Source: Polyangiales bacterium
Lineage (GTDB): Bacteria; Myxococcota_A; Polyangia; Polyangiales; Polyangiaceae
Assembly (NCBI GenBank): GCA_038231275.1
Contig: JBBRLQ010000035.1
Location: 9,059-73,058 of the forward strand
DNA length: 64,000 bases
Direction: 5' to 3'
Shown here: positions 9,262-19,306 of the stretch, piece after piece
How the letters are laid out: every line of letters begins with the position of its first letter
Position numbering within the stretch: position 1 is the first letter of the stretch
Notes under the pieces: generated by a model
Told to the model about the DNA's origin: nothing
Seen by the model: the letters and a program-made list of their open reading frames with translations, nothing else
Databases searched by the model: none
Made by a program: the position numbers and the translations under genes

Positions 9262-10425
9262 ATGCGAAGAAAGGCCGCTGCGTGCTTCCTCGCCGCGCTC
9301 GCCGTGGCGGGCTGCTTCGCGGCGTGTCGCGTCTTCGAGCTCGGCGACGTCGTTTCGGAACCGATCGAGTGCGGCGGTGGCGATGCCTCAACGGACGGCA
9401 GCCATGAGGGCGGCGCCGCCGACGCGCGAATCGACGCGGACGACGCGGGCTGCGACGCGAGCGGCGATCCGTGCGCGTGCCTCACGCGCGCCGTCACGTT
9501 GTCGACGCTCCTCGGCGGCACGTCGCAGGCGATGGCATTCGCGAACGGCCACCTCTACACGATCGTGGTAACCGCCGGGGGATCGCCGATCGTCTACGAC
9601 ACGCCAACCGACGGCCTCGACGGGGGCCCGCCTCCCGCGCTGACGCCGGGGACGTCGTTGGTCGCGAGCACACTCGTCGCGACGCGCCAGTATTTGTTCT
9701 TCCGTCGTACCGGCAAGGACGACGGCATCTTGCGCTTGCCGTTCGGCGCGCCGGTGGAGGCGCCGCAGTCCTACTTGTCGCCGCTGGGCGCCGACCCGAT
9801 CGATCTCGCGACCGACGGCGCCCAGATCTACTGGACGAACACGATCGGCGCGGTCTGCGCGGCGTCCGTCGACGGCGCAGGTGCCGGGGATGCGGGCGTC
9901 CTTGACTCCGGCCCCTCCGGCTGCGGCGCTGCGGTCGTCGTCCCGGCGCGCGATGGAGGCCCTGCGGCCGCGCAGCTCGCGCTGAACGCGACCACGCTCT
10001 TTCTCTCCTACAATCAGAAAATTTATTCGGCACCGCTCGCGACCGGTGCGGTGACGCCGCTCGTCCCCGTGATGCAGGGACTGTCCGTCAACGGGCTCAC
10101 CGAGAGCCAGGGGCAACTCTTTTGGGCAGCGACGAGCGCCGACGCAGGCGCGTTGGCGAGCGCGAACGACGACGGCACGGGCGCCAGGCTCATCGTCCCG
10201 AATGCGTTCGAGGGAATGGCGCTGCAAGCATCGTTCGTCGTCGACGCGGACGGCATCTACTGGGGCGCGCGCTCCTACCAGAAGGTGTGGGCCGCGGCGC
10301 GCGACGGAAGCGGTGTTCGCCTCGTCGCGTGCGAGCCGTCGGCCGTCGCCGCCCTCGCGAGCGACGCGACGTACGTGTACTGGCTCACCAGCAACGGCGT
10401 GGTCAAGCGCGCTACCAAGCGCTGA
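9262..10425 (+). CDS. Putative lipoprotein with beta-propeller-like repeats
   Basis: Signal ending FAAC; repeated blades 'DLATDGAQIYWTN', 'VVDADGIYWG', 'LASDATYVYWLT'. Confidence 0.65.
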   Translation: MRRKAAACFLAALAVAGCFAACRVFELGDVVSEPIECGGGDASTDGSHEGGAADARIDADDAGCDASGDPCACLTRAVTLSTLLGGTSQAMAFANGHLYTIVVTAGGSPIVYDTPTDGLDGGPPPALTPGTSLVASTLVATRQYLFFRRTGKDDGILRLPFGAPVEAPQSYLSPLGADPIDLATDGAQIYWTNTIGAVCAASVDGAGAGDAGVLDSGPSGCGAAVVVPARDGGPAAAQLALNATTLFLSYNQKIYSAPLATGAVTPLVPVMQGLSVNGLTESQGQLFWAATSADAGALASANDDGTGARLIVPNAFEGMALQASFVVDADGIYWGARSYQKVWAAARDGSGVRLVACEPSAVAALASDATYVYWLTSNGVVKRATKR

Positions 10426-10461
10426 GCCTCGTCCGGTCAACCTCGTGATGGGTCGTTCGCT

Positions 10462-11796
10462 CTAACGAAGCCGCGCCCGAAGCTTCTGGAAGTACCGGTG
10501 GCCGAGGCCGCTCGCGGCGGCGGCGCGCGAGACGTTGCCGCCGTGCGCCTCGACGACGCGCTCGACGTACCGGCGCTCGAGCTCCTCGACGACCTTCTGT
10601 CGGGCGCGCGGCAGCGGGAGGTTTTCGGACAGGACCTCGGTGAGGTTGTCGGTGGGGCTTGCCGCGCCGCGCTCGTCGGCGACGCTTCGCGCGGCGGGAT
10701 CGGCGTCGCCCAGAGCGATGCGGCGCGCGACGGCGTTGAAGAGCTCACGCACGTTCCCGGGCCACGCGTACGCGTCGTAGCGCTGCACGAGATCGGGCGG
10801 CGGGCCGCCTGCGGAGCCGCCGAGCTCGGACCAGAAGTGCGACGCCAGGACCTGAACGTCTCCGCGACGGTGGCGCAACGGGGGCAGCTCGATCCGCGCG
10901 ACCGCCAGGCGGAAGAACAGGTCATCGCGGAAGCGACCGGCCTGCACCTCGTGATCGAGATCGCGCCGCGTGGCGGCGAGGATGCGCACGTCGACGGGGA
11001 ACGACCGATCGCCGCCGACCCGTCGCACCTCGGATCGCTGGACGGCGCGGAGGAGCTTCGGTTGAAGCACGATGTCGAGGTCACCGATTTCGTCGATGAA
11101 CAGCGTGCCGCCTTGGGCCAGCTCGAAGACGCCGCGTCGCTGCTGCACCGCGCCGGTGAACGCGCCGCGCTCGTGACCGAACAGCTCGCTCTCGACCAGG
11201 TTCGGCGGCACGGCCGTGCAGTCGAAGACGATGAACGGCCCCGCCGCGCGCGCGCTCATCGCGTGAATCGACTCGGCCAGCACCTCCTTGCCGGTGCCGG
11301 TCTCTCCCTCGATGACGACGGGTATGTCGCTCTTTGCGACCTTGTCGCAGAGCGGGTACAGCCGCCGCATCTCCAGGCTGCTGCCGATCACGCGGCCGAA
11401 GGCGGTCGCCGCGGGGATCGTCGCGGCGCCCTTCTGCTCGACGCGATCGACGCGAATCGCCGTGGAGCCGACGCGCACGATCTCGCCGCCGCGGAGGAAC
11501 CCCTCGGAGACGACGATACCGTTCGCGAAGGTGCGGTTCGTCGAGCCCAGATCGATGAGGCGGAGCTCGCCTTCCGAGACGTCGAGCGAGAAGTGGCGCC
11601 GCGAGACCGCCGGATCGGTGAGGCGCAGCTCGCACGCCGGGCTCTGCCCAACGAGGACACGCGACGGACGCGCGCCGTCGAGGGTGAAGGACTGCCCTTG
11701 ATCGGGGCCCTCGACGATCGTGAGCACGAAGCAGCCGGTGCCCGCCGCGTCGAGCGCTGCCTGAAGCTCGGTGGGGATGAGATCCGTGGACGTCAC
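10462..11796 (-). CDS. FHA-domain sigma54-dependent transcriptional activator
   Basis: FHA (VSRRH, DLGSTN), Walker [23 protein letters not shown], Fis-type HTH; GTG 11796 preceded by TACACT. Confidence 0.9.
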   Translation of the reverse strand: MTSTDLIPTELQAALDAAGTGCFVLTIVEGPDQGQSFTLDGARPSRVLVGQSPACELRLTDPAVSRRHFSLDVSEGELRLIDLGSTNRTFANGIVVSEGFLRGGEIVRVGSTAIRVDRVEQKGAATIPAATAFGRVIGSSLEMRRLYPLCDKVAKSDIPVVIEGETGTGKEVLAESIHAMSARAAGPFIVFDCTAVPPNLVESELFGHERGAFTGAVQQRRGVFELAQGGTLFIDEIGDLDIVLQPKLLRAVQRSEVRRVGGDRSFPVDVRILAATRRDLDHEVQAGRFRDDLFFRLAVARIELPPLRHRRGDVQVLASHFWSELGGSAGGPPPDLVQRYDAYAWPGNVRELFNAVARRIALGDADPAARSVADERGAASPTDNLTEVLSENLPLPRARQKVVEELERRYVERVVEAHGGNVSRAAAASGLGHRYFQKLRARLR

Positions 11797-11821
11797 GCTC
11801 GTCAGTGTAGCAGCGTGCCGA

Positions 11822-13093
11822 TCATTGGAACGTGATCGGAAAGAGCAGGCTCTCCGTCGTCCAGACCGTCCCGTTCGCGGCGGGCGCGCTCTTTTGCCAA
11901 GCCCCCCAGTAGTAGGTGGTGCCGAGCTTGGCATTGCCTGCGTTGCCGCCGAATGCGCCGTCCCACGTCGCGCTCGTCGTGGCGGTGAAGGGTCCCCAGT
12001 AGAGCGGATCGTTGCCGGCGACCGTGGTGCCGATGACGGCGACCGACGCGGCGGTGGAGCCGGGAACGATCGAGTAGGTGAACGTCACCGGCAGCGTCGC
12101 GGTGCCGCCGGTCGGAGCCATTTTTGCGTAGTCGGCGGCGGGGTAGGCGACGTCGGCAGGATCGAGCGCCACGTCGGCCGCGGCGACCGTGAGGCCCGTG
12201 CGCGCGATGCCGACCGACGGGGTGGTCGTCGGATCGGGGTAACCCGCGTCGGCGTCGAGCTTGAACGGGTAGCGCACGATGACCTGAAACGGACCGGGCG
12301 CGACCGGGAAATCGAAGGTCCCGTCCGCGGCGCTCTCTGCGAAGTTTGCGGTCGTATGCTCGGACAGGACGCCGCCGCCTGCCTTCAAGAGCTCGCCGGC
12401 CTCGAGGTCGACCGCGAAGCAGGGCTGCGCGGCGCCGGCGAACGCGACCTTTCCGCGCACGTGGAAGATCGGCGCCGCGACCTGCGGCACCGTGACGGAC
12501 GAGACGCTGCGCTTGAGCGGCGCTTGCGCCGGCGGCGGGACGAACTGCGGGTTCTCTTGGTCGAGCAAGTACTGCCCGTCCTTCACGAGCCCGTCGGCGC
12601 TGCCATGCACACGGTACATATACGGGTACGTGCCGTTCGCGAGCGCGGCGGTGGCCGTGAACGTGCCGGTGCCGTCGCCCGTGAGCGAGACGAATGGCTG
12701 CGTCCAGTCCGACGCTTGCCCGAAGCCGCCGTACACGTCGACGCCAGTGACGCCGCTCCACTGCGCGCGGAAACAAAAGCTCGCGTGGCCGGCCGCGCCG
12801 CTCGGGGCCGGGCACGCGCTCGGGGCCGGGGGCGCTTTGGTGACCGCGCAGGTGAACGTCAGGGCGTTGCCGTTCGGGCCGCCGTCGGGAGTGCCGCCGC
12901 CGCCGTCGGGAGTGCCGCCGCCGTCGACGATCGCCCCGTCCGGTGAGGTAGTGCCGCCACCGTCGTCGCCGCCGCCCGACGCGTCGTTTCCAGACCCGCC
13001 CGAGAGCGCGCCCGTCGTGTCGGACGAGCACGCCGCGACCGCGAAAGGCCACACGAGGCCGGCGAGCGCCAGGAGCCGAAGCGCGGGCCTCAC
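11822..13093 (-). CDS. Lipoprotein with CBM48/E-set-like domain
   Basis: GTG overlaps upstream TGA (GTGA); lipobox VAAC; DGG linker; 'VYGGF...DW...GTFTATAALANGTYPYMYRV' resembles glycogen-binding E-set modules. Confidence 0.6.
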   Translation of the reverse strand: MRPALRLLALAGLVWPFAVAACSSDTTGALSGGSGNDASGGGDDGGGTTSPDGAIVDGGGTPDGGGGTPDGGPNGNALTFTCAVTKAPPAPSACPAPSGAAGHASFCFRAQWSGVTGVDVYGGFGQASDWTQPFVSLTGDGTGTFTATAALANGTYPYMYRVHGSADGLVKDGQYLLDQENPQFVPPPAQAPLKRSVSSVTVPQVAAPIFHVRGKVAFAGAAQPCFAVDLEAGELLKAGGGVLSEHTTANFAESAADGTFDFPVAPGPFQVIVRYPFKLDADAGYPDPTTTPSVGIARTGLTVAAADVALDPADVAYPAADYAKMAPTGGTATLPVTFTYSIVPGSTAASVAVIGTTVAGNDPLYWGPFTATTSATWDGAFGGNAGNAKLGTTYYWGAWQKSAPAANGTVWTTESLLFPITFQ

Positions 13094-14406
13094 GCCAACG
13101 CTCCTTGAACGACCGCGCCGCCCGAGATCGCCGACGTGTCGGCGCCGACGGACGCGAGCATCGTCTTGCCGAACGCCGCGAGCGACTGGATTGGGCTCAC
13201 GTCGCCGCCCGCGCTGCCCGCGCCGGTCTTCGAGTCGATCGCCGTGCAGCCGTAGTCCCCCTTCACCGGCGCCACGCCGCCGACGACGCCGGCCCTCCAC
13301 GGTTTGCCAATCGTGATCGACGTCTGCCAATTGGCGTTGTGCGTGCGGCCGTTCGTGTACTTCGCGCCGGCGGTGCGGCCGAACACGTTGAGCGACATGA
13401 ACGTGACCTTGTCGGAGAGTCCCGCGCTCTTCAGCGCTGCCATGAGCGCGGCGATGCTCGCGACGCCGGCGAGCGTCTCGGAGGTCTCCCTCGCGAGCCC
13501 GCCGTCGGAGTGGTTGTCCCCGCCGAACGGGATGTGCATCGCGACGACCGGCGCCACGTTCATTTGGATGAGCGTGACCGCCGCGGTGATCTGCGACGCG
13601 ACGCCATTGTCCTTGATGGCCGCGAGCTGACCGAGGAGATCCTGCCGGATGCTCCGCACCTGCGACTGCGTCGTGACCATTTGATCGATGTAGGCCTTCT
13701 GCGAGGGGGACGCGTCGTTCTTGTAGAGATCGTAAATCTGCGCCATCGACTGATCGCGCATCTTCTGGAGCGTGGTGAGCGCGCCGGCCGGATTCACGAG
13801 CGTGTCGCGCAGCGCGAGCGGGGGAATGATCGGCATCGTCTGGCCGTCGAACGCCAGCGCCTCGCCAGGGGTCGACGCGCCGATGCTGATGGGCTGCGCC
13901 TGCACCGTGCCGAGGCATGGCGCGACCGCCTTGGCGAGGAGCGACGGAAGCATCTCGTGCTTCACCGACGATCCCATCATCGCGAGAACGTCCGGCTCCT
14001 TCGGGTGCACCGGCGTGTTCGTCATGATGTGCCAAAAGAGCGTGCGATCGAGGACATCCTGCGGGAGGAGGCCTCCTTGCGCGGGCGTCGCCCATGGCTT
14101 CGCGGCGGTGACGGATTTTCCGCCCATCGTGAACGTCGTGGCCGCCATCTTCGCGTCCAGCGGATGGACGATGCCCGCGTCCTCGTACGTCCCCGGCACG
14201 TTCTGCCCGATGGGATCGCCGGCGCCTGAGGTCGCGAGGATGAAGTACTGCGCCTTGGCCGCGTCGGCGCAGCTGGGCACGTCCGCGAGGGCCTTGCGCG
14301 GGTCGAGGAAGAACGCCGCCGGGAGGCCGGTCGCCAACGCGCGCAAGCCGACGGCGCCGGCGCCGAAGAGCGTGGTCATGAGAGCCTGCCTACGAGAGAT
14401 CGTCAT
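13090..14406 (-). CDS. Tat-exported DUF1501/DUF1552-like protein
   Basis: ISRRQAL twin-Arg signal, GGDNH, VFGRT, GRTH; AGGAG RBS before ATG 14406. Confidence 0.65.
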   Translation of the reverse strand: MTISRRQALMTTLFGAGAVGLRALATGLPAAFFLDPRKALADVPSCADAAKAQYFILATSGAGDPIGQNVPGTYEDAGIVHPLDAKMAATTFTMGGKSVTAAKPWATPAQGGLLPQDVLDRTLFWHIMTNTPVHPKEPDVLAMMGSSVKHEMLPSLLAKAVAPCLGTVQAQPISIGASTPGEALAFDGQTMPIIPPLALRDTLVNPAGALTTLQKMRDQSMAQIYDLYKNDASPSQKAYIDQMVTTQSQVRSIRQDLLGQLAAIKDNGVASQITAAVTLIQMNVAPVVAMHIPFGGDNHSDGGLARETSETLAGVASIAALMAALKSAGLSDKVTFMSLNVFGRTAGAKYTNGRTHNANWQTSITIGKPWRAGVVGGVAPVKGDYGCTAIDSKTGAGSAGGDVSPIQSLAAFGKTMLASVGADTSAISGGAVVQGALA

Positions 14407-14417
14407 GGTCTTTCTCC

Positions 14418-16538
14418 TCACATGCCCATCGAGACGGCGGACGGCGACATGCACGCCAGCGTGAACGTCGACTGCAGCGCGTCGGTGACGGTAAGCCCGC
14501 CCTGTTGCTTGGCCGCGTCGAAATGCGCGTGCAGGACGGTGCTCGCGGTGGCGGCGCGCGGATCAGAGGCGGTGAGGCCCATCACGAGCGCGACGAAGTC
14601 GGCGATCGCCGCGTCCGGCTGCGCGCTCGACCACGTCTTGGCGCCCGGCGGCGGCTTCTTCGCGTCGACGACGATGCCGGCGATCGTCTCGCACAGGTTC
14701 TCGACGCCGGCGCGATAGAACAAGGACGGCTGGTTCGGCACCACCGGCGCGACGCTCCCCCGACCGTAGCCGTCGGACGGGAGGCCGGTCACGATCGCCA
14801 ACGCGCCGGCGGGAGCGAGCGCGGCTTGCGCGGCGTCGAGGCCGCAGATGTCCGCGAAGCCGAAGCGCGCGTTCCACATCGCGCAGAGGTGATCGCGCCG
14901 GGCGACGGCGACCATCTCGCCGTTGGTCGTCGCGGTGACCGACGACGCCGTGTGCGTCGTGATCGGCGACGTCACGAGCGCCTTGACGAGCGCGCTCCAC
15001 GAGTAGCCGCTGGACGTGAATGCGTCGATGACCTTCCGCAGCTCGGGATCGCTCCCGACGCACGCCTCCGAGTCGACGTAGAAGCACAGCTTGTTCGCCC
15101 ACGCCTCGGCCACCCGCGGATGCGACGCGAGCGTCCCGGCAAAATCGGAGATCGTCTTCACCTGCGCCTGCACGCCTTGGAACGCGAAGAGGCCCGGCTG
15201 GCTCGCGTACGTGGGGTCGACCTGCGTGTGGTAGTTCCACGAGTAGGTCGCGGCGAGGATGGATCGCGTCGGGTCGAGGAGCTGATGGCAGCTCACGCAG
15301 TCGGGGGTCGACGCGTGCGCCGAGTCGAGGCCCGGCGTGCTGGTCGGCACGGTCGGGTCGTTGCCGTCGATCTGCGCGCCCGTCGCGACGATGAGGGTCT
15401 GGTTGAGGGTCGCGCGCATCTGGTTGCTGTCGTTGGTCTGCCAGTTGGCGAAGAACGCCGGCGTCGAGAAGAAGCCGACGCGCGGCATGCCGAGGACCAT
15501 CTCGCTCGCGCCGCGCAACTTCGACAGGTCGTAGAACGGCGTGGTCGCCTCGCCGCCAGCCGGGGCGCGGACGTTCACCATCGTCCAGTCGGAGAAGTCC
15601 GCGGCCTGGAGCTGCGCGCTCGCCGCCTTCTGACCGCCGCCGCTCGGGCACGCGGTGCCATCGGCGAGCTTGCGACCGGGGAGGACTCCGAAGAGGATGT
15701 CGTAGAGCGTGCTCGCGCGCGCCGGGTACGTGATGGGATCGGTCGCGCACCCCGCTCCCCCGCCGAGCTGCGCGACGTCGGGGTCCTGAAAATGCATGTA
15801 ATTTGCACTCGTCGGATCGAACGACGACGAGGGCGGCGAAACAGGCGCGGTCTGGACGGTGATCGTGAGGTTGGGGTTCGCGATCTGGAACGCGTCCTTG
15901 AGGCGCCCCGCGTCGTCGATCTGCCAGACGTCGAGGAGGCCGTAGAACACCTTGAGGGCCGTCGTCATCGCGAACGACGTCGTGCTCATCGCGCGCGTGA
16001 AGGGCTGCGACTGCATCGCGGGGTCGAGCATCGTGCGCGCGAAGCTCTCCTGCACGCTCTGGAGGAAGAGCGCTTGCGTCGCGCGGTTCGGATCGAGCTG
16101 GAGTTGGCCGGGGTTCAGCTGATCGCCGAAGTCGCCCGCCGAGATCTGCGTCTGCTGGAACGCGAGCTGGAAGAAGCGGCGCATCTTCGTCTCGTACTGC
16201 GGGAGCTTCATCCACGCGTCGACGAGCACGCCGAGGTGCGACGGATCGGCGACGACCGATTTCATCTCGTCGTCGGTCGGCGGCAGGCCGACGAGCACGT
16301 TCTTCACCTTCGCGACGTAGACGTAGGGCGAATCGGGCGCGAACGGCAGCGGGGCCGGACCTCCGCCGTCGTCGCCGATCCCTCCCTCTCCACCCTTTCC
16401 GCCGTCCGCGTTCGTGCCGTCACCCGGGCCGCCCGGACCGTCGGAGGCGCCGGAGCTGCCGAAGCACGCCGCCGCGCCCGCGAGCGCGAGGGGCATGAGC
16501 GAGACGAGAAGGGAGCGGCGCGAGGAAGAGGACGACAT
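14418..16538 (-). CDS. Lipoprotein with single CxxCH (DUF1588/DUF1592-like partner of DUF1501 gene)
   Basis: SRRSLL...AAAC, 'GFFSTPAFFANWQTN', CVSCH, GGAGG RBS. Confidence 0.6.
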   Translation of the reverse strand: MSSSSSRRSLLVSLMPLALAGAAACFGSSGASDGPGGPGDGTNADGGKGGEGGIGDDGGGPAPLPFAPDSPYVYVAKVKNVLVGLPPTDDEMKSVVADPSHLGVLVDAWMKLPQYETKMRRFFQLAFQQTQISAGDFGDQLNPGQLQLDPNRATQALFLQSVQESFARTMLDPAMQSQPFTRAMSTTSFAMTTALKVFYGLLDVWQIDDAGRLKDAFQIANPNLTITVQTAPVSPPSSSFDPTSANYMHFQDPDVAQLGGGAGCATDPITYPARASTLYDILFGVLPGRKLADGTACPSGGGQKAASAQLQAADFSDWTMVNVRAPAGGEATTPFYDLSKLRGASEMVLGMPRVGFFSTPAFFANWQTNDSNQMRATLNQTLIVATGAQIDGNDPTVPTSTPGLDSAHASTPDCVSCHQLLDPTRSILAATYSWNYHTQVDPTYASQPGLFAFQGVQAQVKTISDFAGTLASHPRVAEAWANKLCFYVDSEACVGSDPELRKVIDAFTSSGYSWSALVKALVTSPITTHTASSVTATTNGEMVAVARRDHLCAMWNARFGFADICGLDAAQAALAPAGALAIVTGLPSDGYGRGSVAPVVPNQPSLFYRAGVENLCETIAGIVVDAKKPPPGAKTWSSAQPDAAIADFVALVMGLTASDPRAATASTVLHAHFDAAKQQGGLTVTDALQSTFTLACMSPSAVSMGM

Positions 16539-16717
16539 GCGCTACCTCCAGTGCAAAGCCGACACCAGCGAGCGCGCGCGCAACGACGGTGCGGATGCGG
16601 CGCAGGGGCGCCGACCTTTCCGGAGCTTAGGGCGCTTGCGTCCACCCTGGACGCAAGCGCCGCCACGTCCTTCGAGGACATGCCCCACGTCCTCCGAGGA
16701 CGCGGCAGGGACGGCGG

Positions 16718-17359
16718 CTACGCCTTCCGAGCGAAGCGCAGGCGGTTCACGGGGAGGCCGTCCTTGATCGCGCGGTGCTCGCGCGGGCTGCGCGCGCCGT
16801 ATGGATTCTCTGCCATGCGCGCGCTGCCGGGCGCATCGCCGGCGGGCGCGAAGAGGCCGGACGCGATCACTTGGTCCTCGTACTGCGCGGCGCGCTCGTC
16901 GACGTCGGTCTGCACGTAGAGCTCACCGCCCGCGATGAGGAGGCGCGCGATCTGCTCCAGGAACACGTCGCCCATCACGAGGCGCTTGGTGTGCCGCTTC
17001 TTCCACCACGGATCGGGAAAGTGGAGGTACGCGACCTTGAAGCCGCCGCTCGGCTGGAGGCGCGGGAGTGCGGATTTCGCGTCTTCGGCGAAGACGCGCG
17101 CGCGCGCCGCGAGTCCATGCTTAGCGAGGCGCCCGTCGACGATCGCCGCCCACTTGCGGCGCACCTCGAGGCCGATGAGGCCCGCGTTCGGCGCCGCGAC
17201 GGCGCGCTCGAACATGAAACCGCCGCGGCCGGGGCCGATCTCGATCTCGAGCCACTCGCCGCGGACGAGCGTGCGCGCGTCGACCGTCTCCCCCTCGGGC
17301 AGACGCGGCGCGTCCTCGTAGGGGCGCGGGCGGCGAGGCTTTTCGACGGCGTCGATCAT
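16718..17359 (-). CDS. trmB: tRNA (guanine-N7)-methyltransferase
   Basis: EIGPGRG, GLEVR, FPDPWWKKRHTKR, QTD. Confidence 0.9.
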   Translation of the reverse strand: MIDAVEKPRRPRPYEDAPRLPEGETVDARTLVRGEWLEIEIGPGRGGFMFERAVAAPNAGLIGLEVRRKWAAIVDGRLAKHGLAARARVFAEDAKSALPRLQPSGGFKVAYLHFPDPWWKKRHTKRLVMGDVFLEQIARLLIAGGELYVQTDVDERAAQYEDQVIASGLFAPAGDAPGSARMAENPYGARSPREHRAIKDGLPVNRLRFARKA

Positions 17360-17383
17360 CGCGGAGCGCGTCGACTTAGCACA

Positions 17384-19246
17384 TCACTTCGGCGGAGGCG
17401 TCGCGCACTTTCCGTTGATGCACTCGTACCCCTTGCAGCAGTCGCCGGTGGTCGTGCACTTGTCGTACTCGTTGGCGCAGCCCTTCGAGCTCGGCGCGCA
17501 GACCGGGCCGCTCGGACCTTGGATGCAATAGCCGCCGCAGCACTGATCGCCGGCGCTGCACGACTCGCCGTCGCCCTCGCACGGCTCGAGAACCCAGAAG
17601 CCGCGGAGGTTGTCGGCGTTCGCTTCCTGCCCGTCGAGGTAGAACGCCGGGTGACTGCCGTCGGTGCCGGAGGGCGCGCCGACGTCGAGCGCGGCGACCC
17701 ACAGCTTTCCGTTCTGATCGTTGTTGTCCTTCGACGGCAGCGTGTTTCCGTAGGAGCGGTGGCTCGTGAAGACGACCCAGAAGTAGCCGCCGACCGCCTC
17801 CGGCAAGAGCGTCGGCGCGAAGTTGAGATCGGGATCCGCGGCAGGCAAGTACGAGCCCGCGCCGCCGTAGCCATCGAGCTTGTCGAGGCGCACGGATTTC
17901 TTCGTCGCCAGATCGACGGCGAAGAGATCGCCGGACGCGGGGACGACCGAGTCACCATCGGCGTCGGTCTCGAAGAGCGCGCTCGAGCCGGCGTGGTAGA
18001 CGACGACCGCGCCGTCCGGCGTGAACGCGGGCCATCCGAGGTAGCGCGCGGGATCGTTGGCGACGTCGGTGAGACCGCCGAACGAGCGCGGCGCGGCGGT
18101 GTACGTCATCGTCGCGAGGGTGTGCCCGCCGCCGGTGTCCTCGTGGTTGAAGACGATTTGCTTTCCGTCGGGCGAGAACGCCGGCATCGCGGCGTTCTTG
18201 ATCACGCCGTCCCACCCGGGCGCGGGCAGCGCGGTGCCGGTCTTGGTCTCGTACAGCTTCGACGGCGCACCGAACCACGTGCGGTAGTTCGTCGCCGACA
18301 TGACGATGCTACCGTCCGGAAAGAGGCCGCCGTAGACGAACGCTTGATCCGGCTGCGACTTGAGCGGGGTCGGGGTGCCCTTCAGCGAGTAGCTGATGCT
18401 GGAGACACCCGCGAAGCCGTTGGCCGAGACGAGCGTCGATCCGTCGGCGCTCGCGGTGTGGCAGACGTTGCCGCAGCCGCTCGCGATGGGGACCGGCGCG
18501 CTGGCGCCTGGCGCAATCTTCATGATGCCGACCGACGCAGGGCCGCCCAAGATCTGCGAGCCGTACGTCTCGTAATAGATGACACCGCGGAGGCTCCCTT
18601 GCGCGACCGTCCACGTCTCGGTGACGGGGCCGGTGATCGCGGCGCCGGCTTTTTTCGTGACGTCGACGAGGAGCGGCTCTTTGGGGCCGGCCGCCAGCGT
18701 GATCGCGAGCCACGCCTTGGGCGAAGGGCGGGCGCGGCCTGGGCTCGACGCGCCGAAGTAGCCCTTGTAGTCGATCGCGCTCGCGTGGATGTGCACGAGC
18801 ATCGCGTCGGGCGCGGTGCCGGCCATCTGCACCGTCGGCGGGAGGAGGCCGCGCGGGAAGACCGTCGCGTCGTACGGGTAGAGGAACTTGAACGCGGCGT
18901 CGCCGGTTCCGCCGCCGCCGAGGCCGCCTTGGGTGCCGGGATCGACGTTGCCAGGGTTCTCGACGAGCGTGCACTTGGTGCCGTCCCACGTGCCGCCGGC
19001 GAGGGTGCATGCGCACTTCGGATCGTTGCAGCCCGGAGGCCTCGGGGGGCTCCCGTCGCCGCTGCTGCTTCCGCCTTCGCCGCCGAACGTGGCCCCGTCG
19101 AAATCGGCGCTGCCGTCACCCCCGCCGCTACTCCCGCTGCTGGCGCCGTCGAAGCCATGCGAGGAGCGGCCGCACGCGCCGGCGAGCGATGCCGAGAGGA
19201 CGAGGGCGAAACCGAGGGCGGCGTAACGCGAGATTCCGCGGATCAT
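17384..19246 (-). CDS. Lipoprotein with TolB-like propeller and Cys-rich C-terminus
   Basis: LAGAC lipobox; 'PAFSPDGKQIVF', 'PAFTPDG', 'WVVFTSHRSYGN'; two C-terminal Cys clusters containing CC. Confidence 0.7.
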   Translation of the reverse strand: MIRGISRYAALGFALVLSASLAGACGRSSHGFDGASSGSSGGGDGSADFDGATFGGEGGSSSGDGSPPRPPGCNDPKCACTLAGGTWDGTKCTLVENPGNVDPGTQGGLGGGGTGDAAFKFLYPYDATVFPRGLLPPTVQMAGTAPDAMLVHIHASAIDYKGYFGASSPGRARPSPKAWLAITLAAGPKEPLLVDVTKKAGAAITGPVTETWTVAQGSLRGVIYYETYGSQILGGPASVGIMKIAPGASAPVPIASGCGNVCHTASADGSTLVSANGFAGVSSISYSLKGTPTPLKSQPDQAFVYGGLFPDGSIVMSATNYRTWFGAPSKLYETKTGTALPAPGWDGVIKNAAMPAFSPDGKQIVFNHEDTGGGHTLATMTYTAAPRSFGGLTDVANDPARYLGWPAFTPDGAVVVYHAGSSALFETDADGDSVVPASGDLFAVDLATKKSVRLDKLDGYGGAGSYLPAADPDLNFAPTLLPEAVGGYFWVVFTSHRSYGNTLPSKDNNDQNGKLWVAALDVGAPSGTDGSHPAFYLDGQEANADNLRGFWVLEPCEGDGESCSAGDQCCGGYCIQGPSGPVCAPSSKGCANEYDKCTTTGDCCKGYECINGKCATPPPK

Positions 19247-19306
19247 CCCAAGACCTCCGCGCGCACTCTAACCCCTTTGGCGCAAAGCGGTACTATCCGC
19301 ACGGCC

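Noticed and set aside
16552..16568. Sigma54-like site (minus strand CTGGTGTCGGCTTTGCA)
   Set aside because: Spacing fits, but the implied TSS would fall downstream of the GGAGG RBS; too ambiguous
16775..19306. 5' extension making a 1527-aa plus-strand ORF
   Set aside because: Antisense shadow of trmB and the TolB-like gene; protein-like sequence begins at ATG 19307
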